In this document: positions 49,701 to 56,706 of the stretch, piece after piece | Layout: every line of letters starts with the position of its first letter | Numbering within the stretch: position 1 is the stretch's first letter | Source: Macrostomum hystrix | Lineage: Eukaryota > Animalia > Platyhelminthes | Reading direction: 5' to 3' | Length of the DNA: 64,000 nt | NCBI GenBank assembly: GCA_950097015.1 | Contig: CATNEN010000038.1 | Location: forward strand, 1,612,001 to 1,676,000 | Program-made: the position numbers and the translations under genes | Notes under the pieces: generated by a model | What the model was told of the DNA's origin: nothing | Database searches by the model: none | The model's input: only the letters and a program-made list of their open reading frames with translations

Positions 49701-50252
49701 TCTCAAATTCAGCAACTGCGAATTTCCCAAAGCAAAAGCAACTTTTAGTATCTCAATGCAGCTACTTTTCGTGTGACAGACGTTCATAGTCACCAAAATC
49801 GATCCTCAGAGTTTTAGAACTCGCACAGAGCACCCAAGAAGAGTTGCAGTCAACAATAACTCCAGGTTTGAGCATACCGCTATAGACCAAAACTCAAACC
49901 AACTCACCCAGGCTGCCCTGTTTGACATCGAAACGACCGCCGTTTTGAGCAATGAATTTAGGCGCCCCATGAATTTCCTAATGGGATGTGGCGTTTTGTA
50001 AGGCAATTTTTTGGAAGGTGATCAAAGCTCGTTTTAAAATAAACACTGTAATTGAGTACCACTAAGTCTGCGCACCATGGGTCTCTTCCACTTGCAAGAA
50101 GCCTTCTTAACGGGACCGATGCGTTCCATCATGGCTGGGAAGTCGGGGTCCTCGAAAAGATGTCCTCGGGTGAGGAGGTCCGCTTTGATGCAGCGAATAT
50201 CTTCGACAGTCAGGCTGGTGCAGCCTGCACTCAGAACGTAGCGGTGGGCCAT
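28748..50252 (-). CDS. Classical calpain-like protein (CysPc + C2-like domain III + penta-EF-hand), ~682 aa, catalytically inactive; 11 exons
   Basis: Exons 50252-50076, 49977-49908, 49120-48955, 48709-48361, 47983-47762, 46968-46658, 30210-30009, 29912-29774, 29696-29490, 29418-29240, 28774-28748; all GT-AG and phase-compatible. Motifs LFEDPDFPA, FWQCGEWVHVIVDDRLP, FWVALLEKAYAK, EFWMS, SAGGC..NPQF, PGDYVIVPTTF, EF-hands DTDQSGRLGFDEF. Confidence 0.9.
28845..29130 (-). mobile_element. SINE family B, divergent copy (calpain intron 10)
   Basis: Reverse strand has ccgcggcgag...ccgcggagagaa...cacgaagagaaagtcagagccaatgtacat...ggtcagtggaaaaggcagaattg. Confidence 0.7.
30635..31251. repeat. 35-bp minisatellite (CATTCCTGATGCCATAGAAGCCACACTCCTGCACT), left part (~17 copies), interrupted by the Polinton
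   Basis: Directly visible; resumes at 46526-46625. Confidence 0.97.
31252..31891 (+). repeat. Left terminal inverted repeat (640 bp; imperfect extension to ~31947)
   Basis: Reverse complement of 45887-46525; the only difference noticed is A6 vs A5 at ~31445. Confidence 0.95.
31711..31947 (+). CDS. TIR-encoded small Tyr/Cys-rich protein, left copy (78 aa)
   Basis: ATG preceded by TTATTAAAA like other element genes; mirrored at 46067-45828 with a frame-preserving divergent tail. Confidence 0.65.
   Translation: MLPIVSPGSYYKRHEPNYKSKYQCKQECSEYMKKYCPNVDINVPNINQALQSHWFHKYGVIIKDYDSYYNFAEIIKQL
32049..32118 (+). promoter_or_regulatory. Pol II-type promoter: inverted CCAAT, 4-unit heat-shock element, E-box, TATA
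   Basis: GATTGG 32049-32054; gTTCggGAAtaTTCtaGAAc 32067-32086; TCACGTGA 32093-32100; TATAAATA 32111-32118, ~90 bp before the ATG at 32208. Confidence 0.7.
32208..32990 (+). CDS. Polinton accessory protein (acidic/coiled-coil middle, C-terminal putative HTH/DUF3102-like region), 260 aa
   Basis: First ATG of ORF 32154-32990. The C-terminal AVAAGQILKTVQQKL...FASFLDE...MGIKKSTAYFYMKLA pattern was recognised by eye only. Confidence 0.75.
   Translation: MTQKTGISDELACNLSLVPTLVESPMQISTQEEDQLLAPTQSQLIRTDTVSITSTLNGMFADLPSDRQTKWSGKKTAALSELKKLEATLEEDDDEEDFTEEEKLKQKEEKTKERLNQLKTTLKDNVIKGPQCVSHGFKVFSFERRNSLKIAIEHLSNINRDIEHNRRNIIYLAVAAGQILKTVQQKLTNRKKGFASFLDENQKKMGIKKSTAYFYMKLAMIAVDFPTIQQLSLPLRKLQAILPRLREVCRADEDFWKNLQ
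33283..33786 (-). CDS. Parvovirus VP1u-type phospholipase A2 (adintovirus PLA2-like)
   Basis: PGYKYCGPLN (Ca-binding loop, cf. PGYKYLGPGN), PVNELDSVCMWHDIKY (catalytic HD..Y), C-terminal KTKLGLG. Confidence 0.88.
   Translation of the reverse strand: MMQRSGGNLDSHGLVEKLPHPNKGWTIPGYKYCGPLNPLEIQLDKNNNPNPGHEPVNELDSVCMWHDIKYRDFPEEKTRWDKEMLRMLDNMGASSGWRESIARKLVKAVIFGKTKLGLGIGGCLWEEGCVCGKAGVECGGRDRFGFVLQAPNREMGRLLKELGVEKA
33813..34802 (+). CDS. Retroviral-like (rve, DDE) integrase, 329 aa
   Basis: QADLLF, YALTVIDIASRY, TDPGKEF, VERFNLTL. Confidence 0.95.
   Translation: MADQKLQKLYYSDKGFFVGKNAVTKLAELSNESKQTVERWLSKQAVYQVYFPPVKFTRPHFNIYKPNEAHQADLLFLPNDSGYKYALTVIDIASRYKEARPLKTKKSEAVAAALQDIYKNSPLTYPQTFMTDPGKEFMGAVKSLMEKNNTKMRYGRTELHRDQAFVERFNLTLAKRLFTKQTAEELKLKSGQYYTKWTERLPAVISQLNNEVSRMTNLKPNTAIKQDTVKSKHSIAQFPIPKLPGVYSPEILTNSEFVRFLYLPGELEKDTKRRATDPYFSLDVHKINRHFTSASGDYYFLSQDFNSKAPTRSFTRAELLVIPHDTEIN
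34820..35248 (+). CDS. Putative virion core protein with adenovirus pX-like hydrophobic segment, 142 aa
   Basis: TGGILPLLTLIPIIAGALGAAGGVAGGVASAV resembles the adenoviral pX C-terminus (GGILPLLIPLIAAAIGA). Confidence 0.75.
   Translation: MIETRTVNKISRIIDSKKPGVVSIKGVKVKVDPIQHLIHCNNQTHNITDEKTGGILPLLTLIPIIAGALGAAGGVAGGVASAVKAGNDRAHQQEMEKIAREKGVRIGGSCESDESADESVSKSEIVKAIMTLHKAGFTILRM
35373..39158 (+). CDS. polB: Protein-primed family B DNA polymerase with endonuclease-VII-like insertion, 1261 aa
   Basis: ExoI YADFE, ExoII HNGRGYD, ExoIII YLWTDV; polymerase motifs YLDANNLYGWAM, KLANNSVYGK, YTDTDS; CHIC...VRDHDHFTGKFRGAAHNTCN. Confidence 0.97.
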   Translation: MPKAIPEKKFVESFFQNYCPQASSFQQKSKVLQELCRQKFNTDPGHLGSYAIQQEIINQLLHSEQYTPVKKPATEHQQKSRSLVNKYETLTGQNVSKYPQNKQEQEDLERTIHQVEAELQAETEDLKFAQRKFTEYYIEYTIQEDTTNSQSDIYDFKDRIQSVIDHTLKSRKTFKLQLSFKIEFYMPAKPTERLEYYMTTKALPFTPTDTQDPFLQEISKKIDAFTSRGSGWVVNGIQKATVMIMKYDPLKASSYIELPKKLASKKACINVQNDDQCCALWAVLSAILYEKDRAHPERTSHYKMYFDAKLLECHAKGISFNRGGLAIDQIPKLEEVFNNKIRITVFEWNEKSEKVQLVRASKNTLDPEGRRRIDVDLLIIGDLRENAHYVWIKDLSRLLHKQMNNHHESVAICRLCLKHYSGPDRDEKLKEHELTCEDHPTNCTLPTDKHLRFKSYHKMEKLPFIVYADFECTINPETNKHVPNSVAYLFIGRDSFICSNYFLGEQCVEQFIYSMMELQKNVAAIQPVQIIMSDQDEIDFGSATHCHICRKLLTPCDVKNHTVRDHDHFTGKFRGAAHNTCNLKLQKNIRDLTIFFHNGRGYDYHLLVEKLGIIPGIKLDCIAENKEKFKCIDIKRDSGKIKIKDSFQFLAASLDALSKNLTDDQCTYTKMLADSPDSFKLLRKKGVYPYECNHVFAEPLPPKDKFFSKLTNSGISDEDYEHAQTVYKHFNCRNFLDYHMLYLWTDVFLLADVFETFRKTWYSAYGLDPAHYVSLPATSWESLLKMKWDQNPNWYIELLTDIDMYNFIDSSKRGGISICVHRHAKANNPYLEDYDKEKPSNYILYLDANNLYGWAMSQDLPVRDFRWLDTYKLDFSIPAIYEVDVEIPRELHDDFSDFAPFPENINCPKIIQYNDGSWQLSEKEKERVKKLTQNLMNKTRYKIHYKLLQYFISLGCRVTNVHRALAFTEEAWMKPYIEKNTQFRTKATNSFDKDLFKLANNSVYGKTLENERNRTNLKLVTCYEPGTIQTSLSKPTFKELHIFNDYLGAILFYKTKVTLCKPIFTGVTVLDESKRLMYKFFYDMKRQYGEQLKLLYTDTDSLILNIQTEDVYQDMLNQKHLYDLSEYPESFKTLKGDQVRDTGNQKVVGKMKDETAGTLITEFIGLRAKSYFVKSCKSTIKKSKGIPKHVVKNDLHEASYKDALINNKNTTHEFMKLQSKNHNIHTIQQKKIGLSGADNKRHIFDDNITSLPFGHYRLNNL
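39197..39607 (+). CDS. Adenain-like cysteine maturation protease, 136 aa
   Basis: GSHWVC, YFDSYG, LQGINSDICGELC (His-Asp-Gln-Cys). Confidence 0.92.
   Translation: MTTNIFLEELAQQLKIPNFRGVFMKDTLPESPLEKECGIMNFDPAEKPGSHWVCWVIDPNRKHKYYYFDSYGTAVPEVLRNYMTHMRHKMRHKIYRSDFILQGINSDICGELCMTVLYAMTHTRKSYKEIILGLKK
39633..40268 (-). CDS. Putative membrane protein (coiled coil + hydrophobic hairpin; N-terminal PSAP x2), 211 aa
   Basis: Long intact ORF; hydrophobic stretch LNMFLGSVSVLSGSAAAVSTLPVITVPIAIPLGAAGATCGLISAVTG. Confidence 0.8.
   Translation of the reverse strand: MSEKINSLYEPSAPPSQPSAPYQPIYPTPVTFTCNSQQFRLVEIQKMRADIERQIDHNTKKLKRYNRECKVFDYLNMFLGSVSVLSGSAAAVSTLPVITVPIAIPLGAAGATCGLISAVTGALSRNRRQKLKHLHAKQTNEKSVQSSIIGYISKAIEDKFISEDEFKNIQDLYEQRVRLNLNTIDEMSQLRNDLENVFKQHVAKVAKMNKT
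40300..41028 (-). CDS. Long coiled-coil protein (possible fibre/spike), 242 aa
   Basis: ATG at 41028 after an A-run; heptads LRSDIAT-LRSDIAT-LRT and LTAAESDITALQ. Confidence 0.75.
   Translation of the reverse strand: MSINFAGESLDRGSTLTSAQVSYLDRRYINVDEKIPEIKLNKDRLKALERATHQQQINMEDLRLSVAKRKEEIDILYVQFVHDRDTLVAAIPTLRSDIATLRSDIATLRTAVNNRANLVEERVTENSNKVRNLEAFMLRSSTVHDRLSSRLTAAESDITALQRLANETKETLRPMGLNVTRHTEYLNRIYNDWGKTKRRLGRLERLHNLPDIDIEEARVSDGPSEEASREAARRATDLRERS
41046..41846 (-). CDS. A32/FtsK-like genome packaging ATPase, 266 aa
   Basis: Walker A GSSGSGKT, Walker B LIVFDD, FTRGRHNNCNVIYIAQ. Confidence 0.95.
   Translation of the reverse strand: MDFSNDFNPHWTRNQIKFSHHESIPGHFRCIVVGSSGSGKTFRVFNMLLRPGFIDYDTLHIYSPTLYQDEYKMLISGLQNKLTKENIIQCFNNQKRLPSNPEIVAAEYAKYLKDNEKWQNIKVFTYGDPQVDPKTKLLPQPDELEKGRKHLIVFDDCMTGPQKQIENYFTRGRHNNCNVIYIAQNWFELPNKTIRGNCNLILLFPTIPQDRLKRFYNEVIAPAHFVNPTKNSNRKISQEEFVNLCYEKWNQPYQFVMINKEKRTVI
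41889..42006. repeat. 21-bp tandem repeat (GGACTTAGATGTGTCTATTTG, with shorter variants) inside the Polinton
   Basis: About 6 copies upstream of the ATPase gene. Confidence 0.9.
42050..42460 (-). CDS. Putative virion core/membrane-lytic protein with GxG motifs, 136 aa
   Basis: KRGSGLF, RSGNGLAD, KKGSGF; amphipathic segment LADIIAQGARVFKVISEN; (PLA)5 repeat. Confidence 0.7.
   Translation of the reverse strand: MPIIFEKDVSKYYDKEELNLIKRGSGLFPAGHYPRKERSGNGLADIIAQGARVFKVISENKDNIKNVAESVGSVVTAAKKIKDTVTQDIQPPLAPLAPLAPLAPLAPNPDSVDPAIYEKMRASIASIKKGSGFKFD
42478..43659 (-). CDS. Polinton structural/core-type protein, 393 aa (QQQPP repeats, C-terminal GKG + helical domain)
   Basis: Long intact ORF; C-terminal GKGISDIYKRVAVLLGAAKTG...EFVNILDKM resembles a helical tail often seen in Polinton proteins (recalled, not searched). 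Confidence 0.75.
   Translation of the reverse strand: MKRKNAHQISELEKLAQAEKRVTGLINKEQQSYNEFVQAATEFHKPGYGEAKKNIDQVKETIDDIQETQVQKALDKIPEAPQIQQSADPQVQVPQQSQLKVTDNFFGPVERAEHDGKYVFGISMWRKNIYNEPVEYFIDINKNHISVVKGSETKRIIYTETLLNFMTKNQEKISDKQLKNYRDLVSFALARDIEILKVPQVLKIMHDNGVILTRFKKYKHFKQWFGLPDQEDAIKYLEQQPPQQQPPQQQPPQQQPPQQQQTFKPEDVLSALENADPTQVAKYKNDHPDAWQQLENFSPAQMNKIKARVFTPQQRAVESSPQSSTDQSSTDQSFQGKGISDIYKRVAVLLGAAKTGMKDENRKEFVNILDKMMEKKYIDKRARELLLSRFNKK
43690..44976 (+). CDS. Major capsid protein (double jelly-roll), 428 aa
   Basis: Size, beta-rich pattern (VFVPLRFMSGFC, VKLTGIELYL, PRYIII, YPMFGADVS) and position next to the penton-like gene in a Polinton. Confidence 0.85.
   Translation: MNDPLTPVFYKINKPILSDDSTIKATQVRVPSQENQNETNLGPGQTLTFTYNGCSSLVSVHSLKSGFHMTFQFKTKGGADAAHANVEKHDADVALISNFWAYMFKEFSVSNGSTELERIANFGIVYDAHCLIENPDFIQLGSGAGFIADEKEGDINDSGYKKRKKRYNYALQGADDAAKNPLYRTVDVFVPLRFMSGFCNTFNRLTSNFSYTFKMTRDDRSRVLWTGADHTRMEVKLTGIELYLEVIEPKTALKADYLKAIEKDIDVAYTAYMCRDERNETRTNICIKEGSCSNPRYIIINMRNPNNIIRYMHGDVRSIQHEISDNLYPALPQNGNFSQNKISKFYSELVDLAVKENNGIAITALQYGTLYPMFGADVSARQMPTDNSPVNIVTNIERTAATAVDLYIIYAFERKVKLNMINNSSSKV
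45002..45814 (+). CDS. Minor capsid protein (penton, single jelly-roll), 270 aa
   Basis: WSNVPNVTAANNKFHY, ILIRSNL, and C-terminal IHEIVLQFETEDGVGVDFNGEEFVLTL typical of Polinton minor capsid proteins. Confidence 0.85.
   Translation: MLAIAERLNNIISHSKESIPITIAGRINDSNGIFVEKLEQAIRLDPGANYHVYLNDFTGWSNVPNVTAANNKFHYKWKGVAAEAVVFPVSTQGVDTYNYFLENVFTKRGHFETPNASKPEKKLFPVKLSYDLTVMRVVMQVHKEAEVEFRDDTWYKELGFEKKVYKAESGESGLFLAPNIADIVKGLNILIRSNLSLDWVFKGKRTNILYNISNSVAGGQMLVEKPNPVKRVVLSNKEIHEIVLQFETEDGVGVDFNGEEFVLTLIIERM
45828..46067 (-). CDS. TIR-encoded small protein, right copy (79 aa)
   Basis: Mirror of 31711-31947; tail KYGVTYVKDYDSYYNFAEIIRQL. Confidence 0.65.
   Translation of the reverse strand: MLPIVSPGSYYKRHEPNYKSKYQCKQECSEYMKKYCPNVDINVPNINQALQSHWFHKYGVTYVKDYDSYYNFAEIIRQL
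45887..46525 (-). repeat. Right terminal inverted repeat (639 bp)
   Basis: Reverse complement of 31252-31891. Confidence 0.95.
46526..46625. repeat. 35-bp minisatellite, right remainder (~3 copies)
   Basis: Same unit as 30635-31251. Confidence 0.95.
47040..47415 (-). mobile_element. tRNA-derived SINE family B, full length (calpain intron 5)
   Basis: Reverse strand has A-box TGGCAGAGCGG, B-box GTTCGATTCC, a body shared with the 17430 copy, and a (TTA)n tail. Confidence 0.85.
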
Positions 50253-51039
50253 TATGCAGAAGTTTTATCTTTGACTGAAAAAAACAGAACGGAAATCATT
50301 TTTAGGCGCGTGTAAGAGTGCATTCTAGACAGGAATAACCTGAATTTTTAACGCATCTAAATTTAAATAAAAGTGTGATTGATTTGGGGCTAGTAGGGAC
50401 GGATAGCAAGTTCAGGGTACTGGATCAGATGAAAAACTAGTTCCGGTAGCAGAAAACAGTTTACTTTAGGACAAAACACGTCAGTCAAGATAGATGCCTT
50501 AATTTCTGGATATGTGCTTTACATGTGTCCATATAGATGACTATATGCAGTGTAATTGGAAAATAGGCACGGAAAGGTGCAAATCAAGAATACGTTTTTA
50601 GTCTGTGTTGTGTCACTTTTTAGAGCGTACAACTATTCTAGTTTTACTTGCTAGACAAGACTTCAAACAAAATTTGCAATTAGATTTGAGATTCGGACTT
50701 GGTGAGTTCTGTGTGGGACCCTATGAGAAATATTCATATAGTGCTCATAATTATTTATCGTAAATTAAATAAATTTTAAAGGCATTAGTATAACCCTATT
50801 TTTACGATAATTAAAAAAGTTTACTTTGCTACAATTTAAGAAAATTTTACACATTGTTAGGTGCTAAGCCACGCCAAATTTGTTAAACTTTTACATGTTT
50901 TTATTTAAATGCCGGAAGACAACTTTTCTTACTTCCTTGAGTTCAACAAGACCGAGGTTATAATGCGCAGCCTGTGGCACCGAAGCAGCAGTTAATGGTC
51001 CAAAAGACTGCGAAAATATAATTAAGTACAGTCTCATTA

Positions 51040-51508
<469 letters not shown>

Positions 51509-51959
51509 ACGAATAGAGTCTCTCCAGTGTCTTACTTATTGGTCTTACTTACTTATGCAGCTGCAGAACCGGCGCAGGCTGGGGGCAGTAGTGGCGTGGA
51601 TCAGGTGGCCTGCCAGCTGTAGTCGCCGAGGTAGGTTTGAGGTATAGTGAACTAGAAGTAGGTTTTCATTGTGAAAAATAGAATGAGTAATCATGTCTTA
51701 TTCCAAAAAATTATATTACTTTAAGTAGAACGTAGAACCTCTCTACAAATGTTCAGCTCATTAGATTTTTTGCTGCGGGCACCACCACTTACGAATTCCA
51801 GACTCCTCGGTTAGGATTGAGTCCGAAGCTGAACCTCCACCACAAGTCAACCAGCTAGACTGCAAAGTATGCTTACTATTTGAAAGTGACAATTATTATT
51901 TTCTCAAACTACACAAAAACATTAATCTATATTCAATGATAAAATTATACTAATTTGCA

Positions 51960-52365
51960 GAGCTGTCTATTGCCGTCATCTGAGTCCCGGGGCATGCCGG
52001 CCAGGCTCTGAGCGAGGCTGCCGACGAGCTGGCCAGGCGAGGCTGCGCCATGCCGCAGGACCCCAGCCGATTCCAGTGGCGGCCGCCAGAGCCGCCCTCC
52101 GCCGCTAGGGACGGGCCTCCGAATCGGTTGAGTGAGACCGGCTGAGTCCCGGCGGACCATCCCAACAGGCTCTGCGGCGGAGCGCAGCACATTCACGGAC
52201 GTGGCTGGCCGTGGGGGGCCGAGGTGGTGCTGCATCAACTGCCGGCAAACCGTGCGCGCCGGCCACCCGACACCGCTGGGGCCCGCGGCCTGCCCGTACT
52301 GCAATGCTCCTGTGGAGGACACCCGGCACTTCCTGTGCGACTGCCTAGCGTGGGATCTGTACAAA
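51960..52365 (+). mobile_element. Degenerate non-LTR retrotransposon ORF2 C-terminal fragment
   Basis: GC-rich island encoding the CCHC motif ACPYCNAPVEDTRHFLCDC. Confidence 0.6.
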
Positions 52366-53330
52366 CGCACACACACACGAACAGCCAAGCATGTTAGGAG
52401 GAAAACGGCTACCAGGCGATGCACGCTCCAGGCCAACGCTCACCAGCTGATCAGCATATCCTTCAGCCTTGCAGTTCAGGAGAAACGCCAGTACAAGTAC
52501 CACACTGTGGAGCCGCGACTAACAATACTCAGCAATTCCACAGTTGCTGGTACCGAGCCTTCAGCGAGCTTGACTTTATCGCATCCCCGGACACACAATC
52601 GTACCCAGTCCGTCGGTCAGGCCCCATAAACCGTGATGGAGGCAGAATCGATTCATTTCGATATCAGACTGACGAGCACTGCCAACGCTAAAATGCGGGC
52701 CCACACCGAAGCTAGCAAAAACATCCAATACTACAGTCACCCGAGGCTGACCGCAACGTTGTGTGGAGTTGCATCAATGGCAAGCTGACGGGACGGCCAA
52801 TCTTGCACCAGCCGGTCCCCCAAAAGCAGCTACACAGCAGAGTACACGGGAGGCTCTAATACAAATGACAGAGCGCATTAGTAGTGAAGCTAAACGCATC
52901 AGATGATGCTTATTTTGAGTATAAGAGAGGATCAGACAAACTTGAGTTGATCAATTTTAGTGGGATTCAAGTCAGAATGGGCTTTGCTAGCTTCTTTCTT
53001 TGATGTTAAGCTAAGAAATGTGGAATCTTCTTAATTCGATTCCAAGTGCTACAAACGGCACCTGCGCTGTTCCAATTATCATATACATCCTGATGAATCG
53101 GAAGTAGCCCCCAGACAAACAGTGCGAACCAGAGTGCACTCTCATAATTAGCGCACAATAGGCACTTCCTAATAGTCTTAAATAAATAGACAATGCATCT
53201 CTTTTTAACAAACGACGGATGGCGGGGGCATAGGCAGTAGTACCTTTAAAATTCGACCTTTTTATGTTGGATAAGAAATGTGTGCACGGAACATCTTTTT
53301 AATACTCGCATGGCTACTTAGAAGCCATAT

Positions 53331-53450
53331 TTGGGCCTACAATACATCGAGCATAGAGCCCCAATCAAGGTGCGCTCATGGCTTCACGACACTCTTTCCT
53401 GGCTTCGAGAAGTGAGCACACTAGCCAAACACCTACGTAAGTCACACAGC
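53331..53450 (+). repeat. ~120-bp direct repeat, copy 1 (copy 2 at 56277-56397)
   Basis: gggcctac.atacatcgagcatagagccccaatcaaggtgc...ccaaacacctacgtaagtc.cacagc occurs twice. Confidence 0.9.
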
Positions 53451-53454
53451 CTTC

Positions 53455-53984
53455 ACACACAAGCTGGCTTTCGGCCCTGTCGCTCCACTGAGAGTCCCAA
53501 GTGCTCTGTCTCGTGCAATCTATCAGCGACGGATTTCAAGAGTCTTCAATGTGCCACACATTGCTGGCGCTCTTGGACTACTCCTCTGCTTTCGATATCG
53601 TCTAGCGAGATCGGCTCATGCGGAAACTGGTGCACCTGGGCGCCGCGTTCTTCTTCGCGTGGTGGATCCGTAGCTGAATCAATGCTTGTCATCTGCGATC
53701 CGCAACAACAATATGCTTTCTCGCGCCTGGCGGGTTCGTCAGGGTGTACCGCATGGCTGTGTCGTCTCGCCGCTCCTATGCATCATCTTCACTCACGACC
53801 TCACCTCCGTGATCCCGCCAGAGATATCCGTCAGCCTTTACGCCGATGACAGCGCCCTGCGGTCCAGCTCCACCTCCATCCAGGCGTTCGAGCAGTCCCT
53901 TTAACGCGCGGTGTCCGCAGCTGCTGGCCGTGGCTGCAGCCAAGAACAAGCTTAACCTGCACGTCTCAAAATGCAAGACCTGCC
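53455..53984 (+). pseudogene. Degenerate LINE reverse transcriptase fragment
   Basis: QAGFRPCRST, LLDYSSAFD, GVPHGCVVSPLL, YADD, LHVSKCK across frameshifts and stops. Confidence 0.85.
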
Positions 53985-56117
53985 TGTTGTGTATGCGGCT
54001 TGCATGCCGCCTTAGAGTGCGCGTGGCGCATTTTGATTGGCTGGGGGGGGTCGGTCCATCCGAACCGGTCTAGGCCGGGACGGGGGGTTGTTGTTTACTC
54101 TGACTGGCTAAAATATATATTAGTGCGCACAGGCCTTTGGAGGGCTCGCGTTTTTTCCAACCTTCTAACCCAGTGCTCCGTTCTTCATTTGGCCACGCTG
54201 CCTCACATACAACATGGCGACGAGCCTGAGCATTTCCGAGCCACGCGTGTTTCTCGCCCACCCAGGACAGCCACACACGCCTTGGAATCGTTGGATCGAA
54301 GGATTCAAGATCTACCTGGAGGCCTTGGACCTTAACGAAGCATCGGACGCACGCAAGAAGGCGATTCTCATCCATCTGCTTGGCGAGGAGGGCCAGCGAA
54401 TCTACACGCTGAGGAATCTGCCAACGGCTAACGTCGACACCTTCGACAAGCTGGTGAAAGAGCTGAAGACGATCTTCGGCCAGTCGCATAGCACCATCAG
54501 CAACCGCTACAGATTCAAGTCACGCGCCAAGATGCCCGGCGAGCCGATCAGCCGGTTCGTTGACGCCCTTCGCGAACTCGCAGCAGACTGCGAATACGGC
54601 GCTCTTCAAGACCAGATGATCAGGGACCAGATCATCGAGAAGACCCATTCGCCGCGCATCAGAGAGCGACTGCTCATGGAGAAGGTGCTTGAGCTGGAGA
54701 CAGCCACAGCCCTAGCGATTCAAGTTGAATCCGCCATCAACGACGCCAAGAACCTGCGCGACGGCAAGAACGACAAGGAGTTGGAGTCCCGCATCCAGAA
54801 GATCAGCCAGCGTCCGCCACGCTAGGGACCCAAGCATGCGATGCCGCAGAAATCTAGCTCGGACGCGCGATGCGGCAACTGCGGAATGGCTGGGCACGCC
54901 GCCCGCGCCCTTGAGTGTCCAGCGAAGGACAAGTCCTGCCTGCACTGCCACCGGGTCGGTCATTTTAAGTCATGTTGCCGACAGCGACGTAAGGTCCGCA
55001 CCGTCAAGGATGACGACGATGACAATGAGCCATTCGAGGTGTCTGCAGTTCAGGGTGACGCATCTCTTTTAAGCTTTGTAAACTGCAGCATCGCCGAAAT
55101 CGACGTCAAACTCTTGTTGGACACTGGCTCAAGGGTCAACATCATCAACGAGAAGACCATAAAGCGACTTCCGAAGCAACTTGTCATCACGCCGACCCAC
55201 AAGCAGCTGTTCTCTTACACCGGATCAGCAATCGAGGTTCTGGGGACGGCCGAGCTGCGCGTCGCGCACCATGGCAAGTCTGCGGTCTGCCGATTCTTCA
55301 TCACTCGACGAGGTGCCAACATCCTTGGTATCGACGGCATGGAAAAGCTGGGTTTATCGATCCGAGTCAACACGATCAGCAGCGTCGAAGACATCGCAGA
55401 GGAGTTCCCACGCATCTTCAACGGCATCGGCATGGCCAAGAAGTTCTGCCACAGGCCGCTGCTGCGCCAGGATGCGACGCCAACGGTCGAGCCGCTGCGC
55501 CGGGTGCCACTTGCGCTGCAGGACCGCGTGAAGGACGAACTGAACAAGATGGAGGCCGCAGGTATCATAGAGAAGATCGACGCGTCTCCTTGGGTCTCGA
55601 ACTTGGTCGTCTCCAAGAAGAAGAACGGCGACCTGCGACTCTGCGTCGACCTGCGAAACTGCAACCAGGCCATCAACCCAGACAAGTTCCCCGTGCCAAC
55701 GCAGGAGGAGCTGGCCGCCGAGTTCGCGGGCGCCCAGGTGTTCACCAAGCTGGACCTGAGTTCATCCCCGACTTCGCCAAGACTGCGAGGCCGCTGCGAG
55801 AGCTGCTCAAGAAAGACTCCGTTTTCCGCTGGACGAGCGAGTGCGACACAGCTTTTGTTGAGCTCAAGCGACAGCTGACGAGCCCGCCGGTGCTCAGCCA
55901 CTTCGACTGCAACGCCGAGACCATCGTTTAGTGCGACGCCTCCGACTACGCGCTTGGTGCGGTGCTGCTCCAACGCGTCGGTGATTCGGAGAAGCCGGTC
56001 GCCTACGCATCGCGAGCACTGACACCGACGGAGTCCCGGTATTCGGCAAGCGAGAAGGAGGCTCTGGCGTGCATCTGGGCCCTCGAGCGGTGGCACATCT
56101 ACACCTACGGCAGACGG
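53985..56117 (+). mobile_element. Truncated Ty3/Gypsy LTR retrotransposon (5' LTR, PBS, gag-PR-partial RT-RNaseH)
   Basis: LTR TGTTG...CAACA 53985-54214; PBS TGGCGACGAG 54215-54224. Gag from 54214 has an in-frame TAG at 54823. Zn knuckles CGNCGMAGH and CLHCHRVGH, protease LLDTGS. RT is deleted after FTKLDLS (~55760). RNase H CDASDYALGAVL...EKEALAC; no integrase or 3' LTR. Confidence 0.92.
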
Positions 56118-56276
56118 CTGAATTTGCAAGTTTTTTACAAATGATGGATGCTGGGGGATGTCGTCAGGCTAATATAATAATTCAAAAAATAACTCAGTAG
56201 TACCTAATTTATTTTTCGTCTTTTCTTCGTATAAAAATGCGAAAAAAATGTTTGCTCTGTACTACAATCAAAAGAT

Positions 56277-56397
56277 TAGGGCCTACCATACATCGAGCAT
56301 AGAGCCCCAATCAAGGTGCACTCATGGCTTCACCACACTCTAGCCTGGCTTCGAAAAGTGAGCACACTAGCCAAACACCTACGTAAGTCCCACAGCA
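56277..56397 (+). repeat. ~120-bp direct repeat, copy 2
   Basis: Near-identical to 53331-53450. Confidence 0.9.
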
Positions 56398-56490
56398 TCC
56401 ACTTTCTGATTCAAATTGGCAACGACGGTGACCAAAGAGCAGCAAGTTTCATCCCCTAGCAAACATTTTGTCGTTTAAAATTTGTCTGTT

Positions 56491-56706
<216 letters not shown>

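Noticed and set aside
54823-54825. Programmed gag-pol stop readthrough
   Set aside because: The TAG lies before the Gag zinc knuckles and the element has other lesions; a nonsense mutation is more parsimonious.
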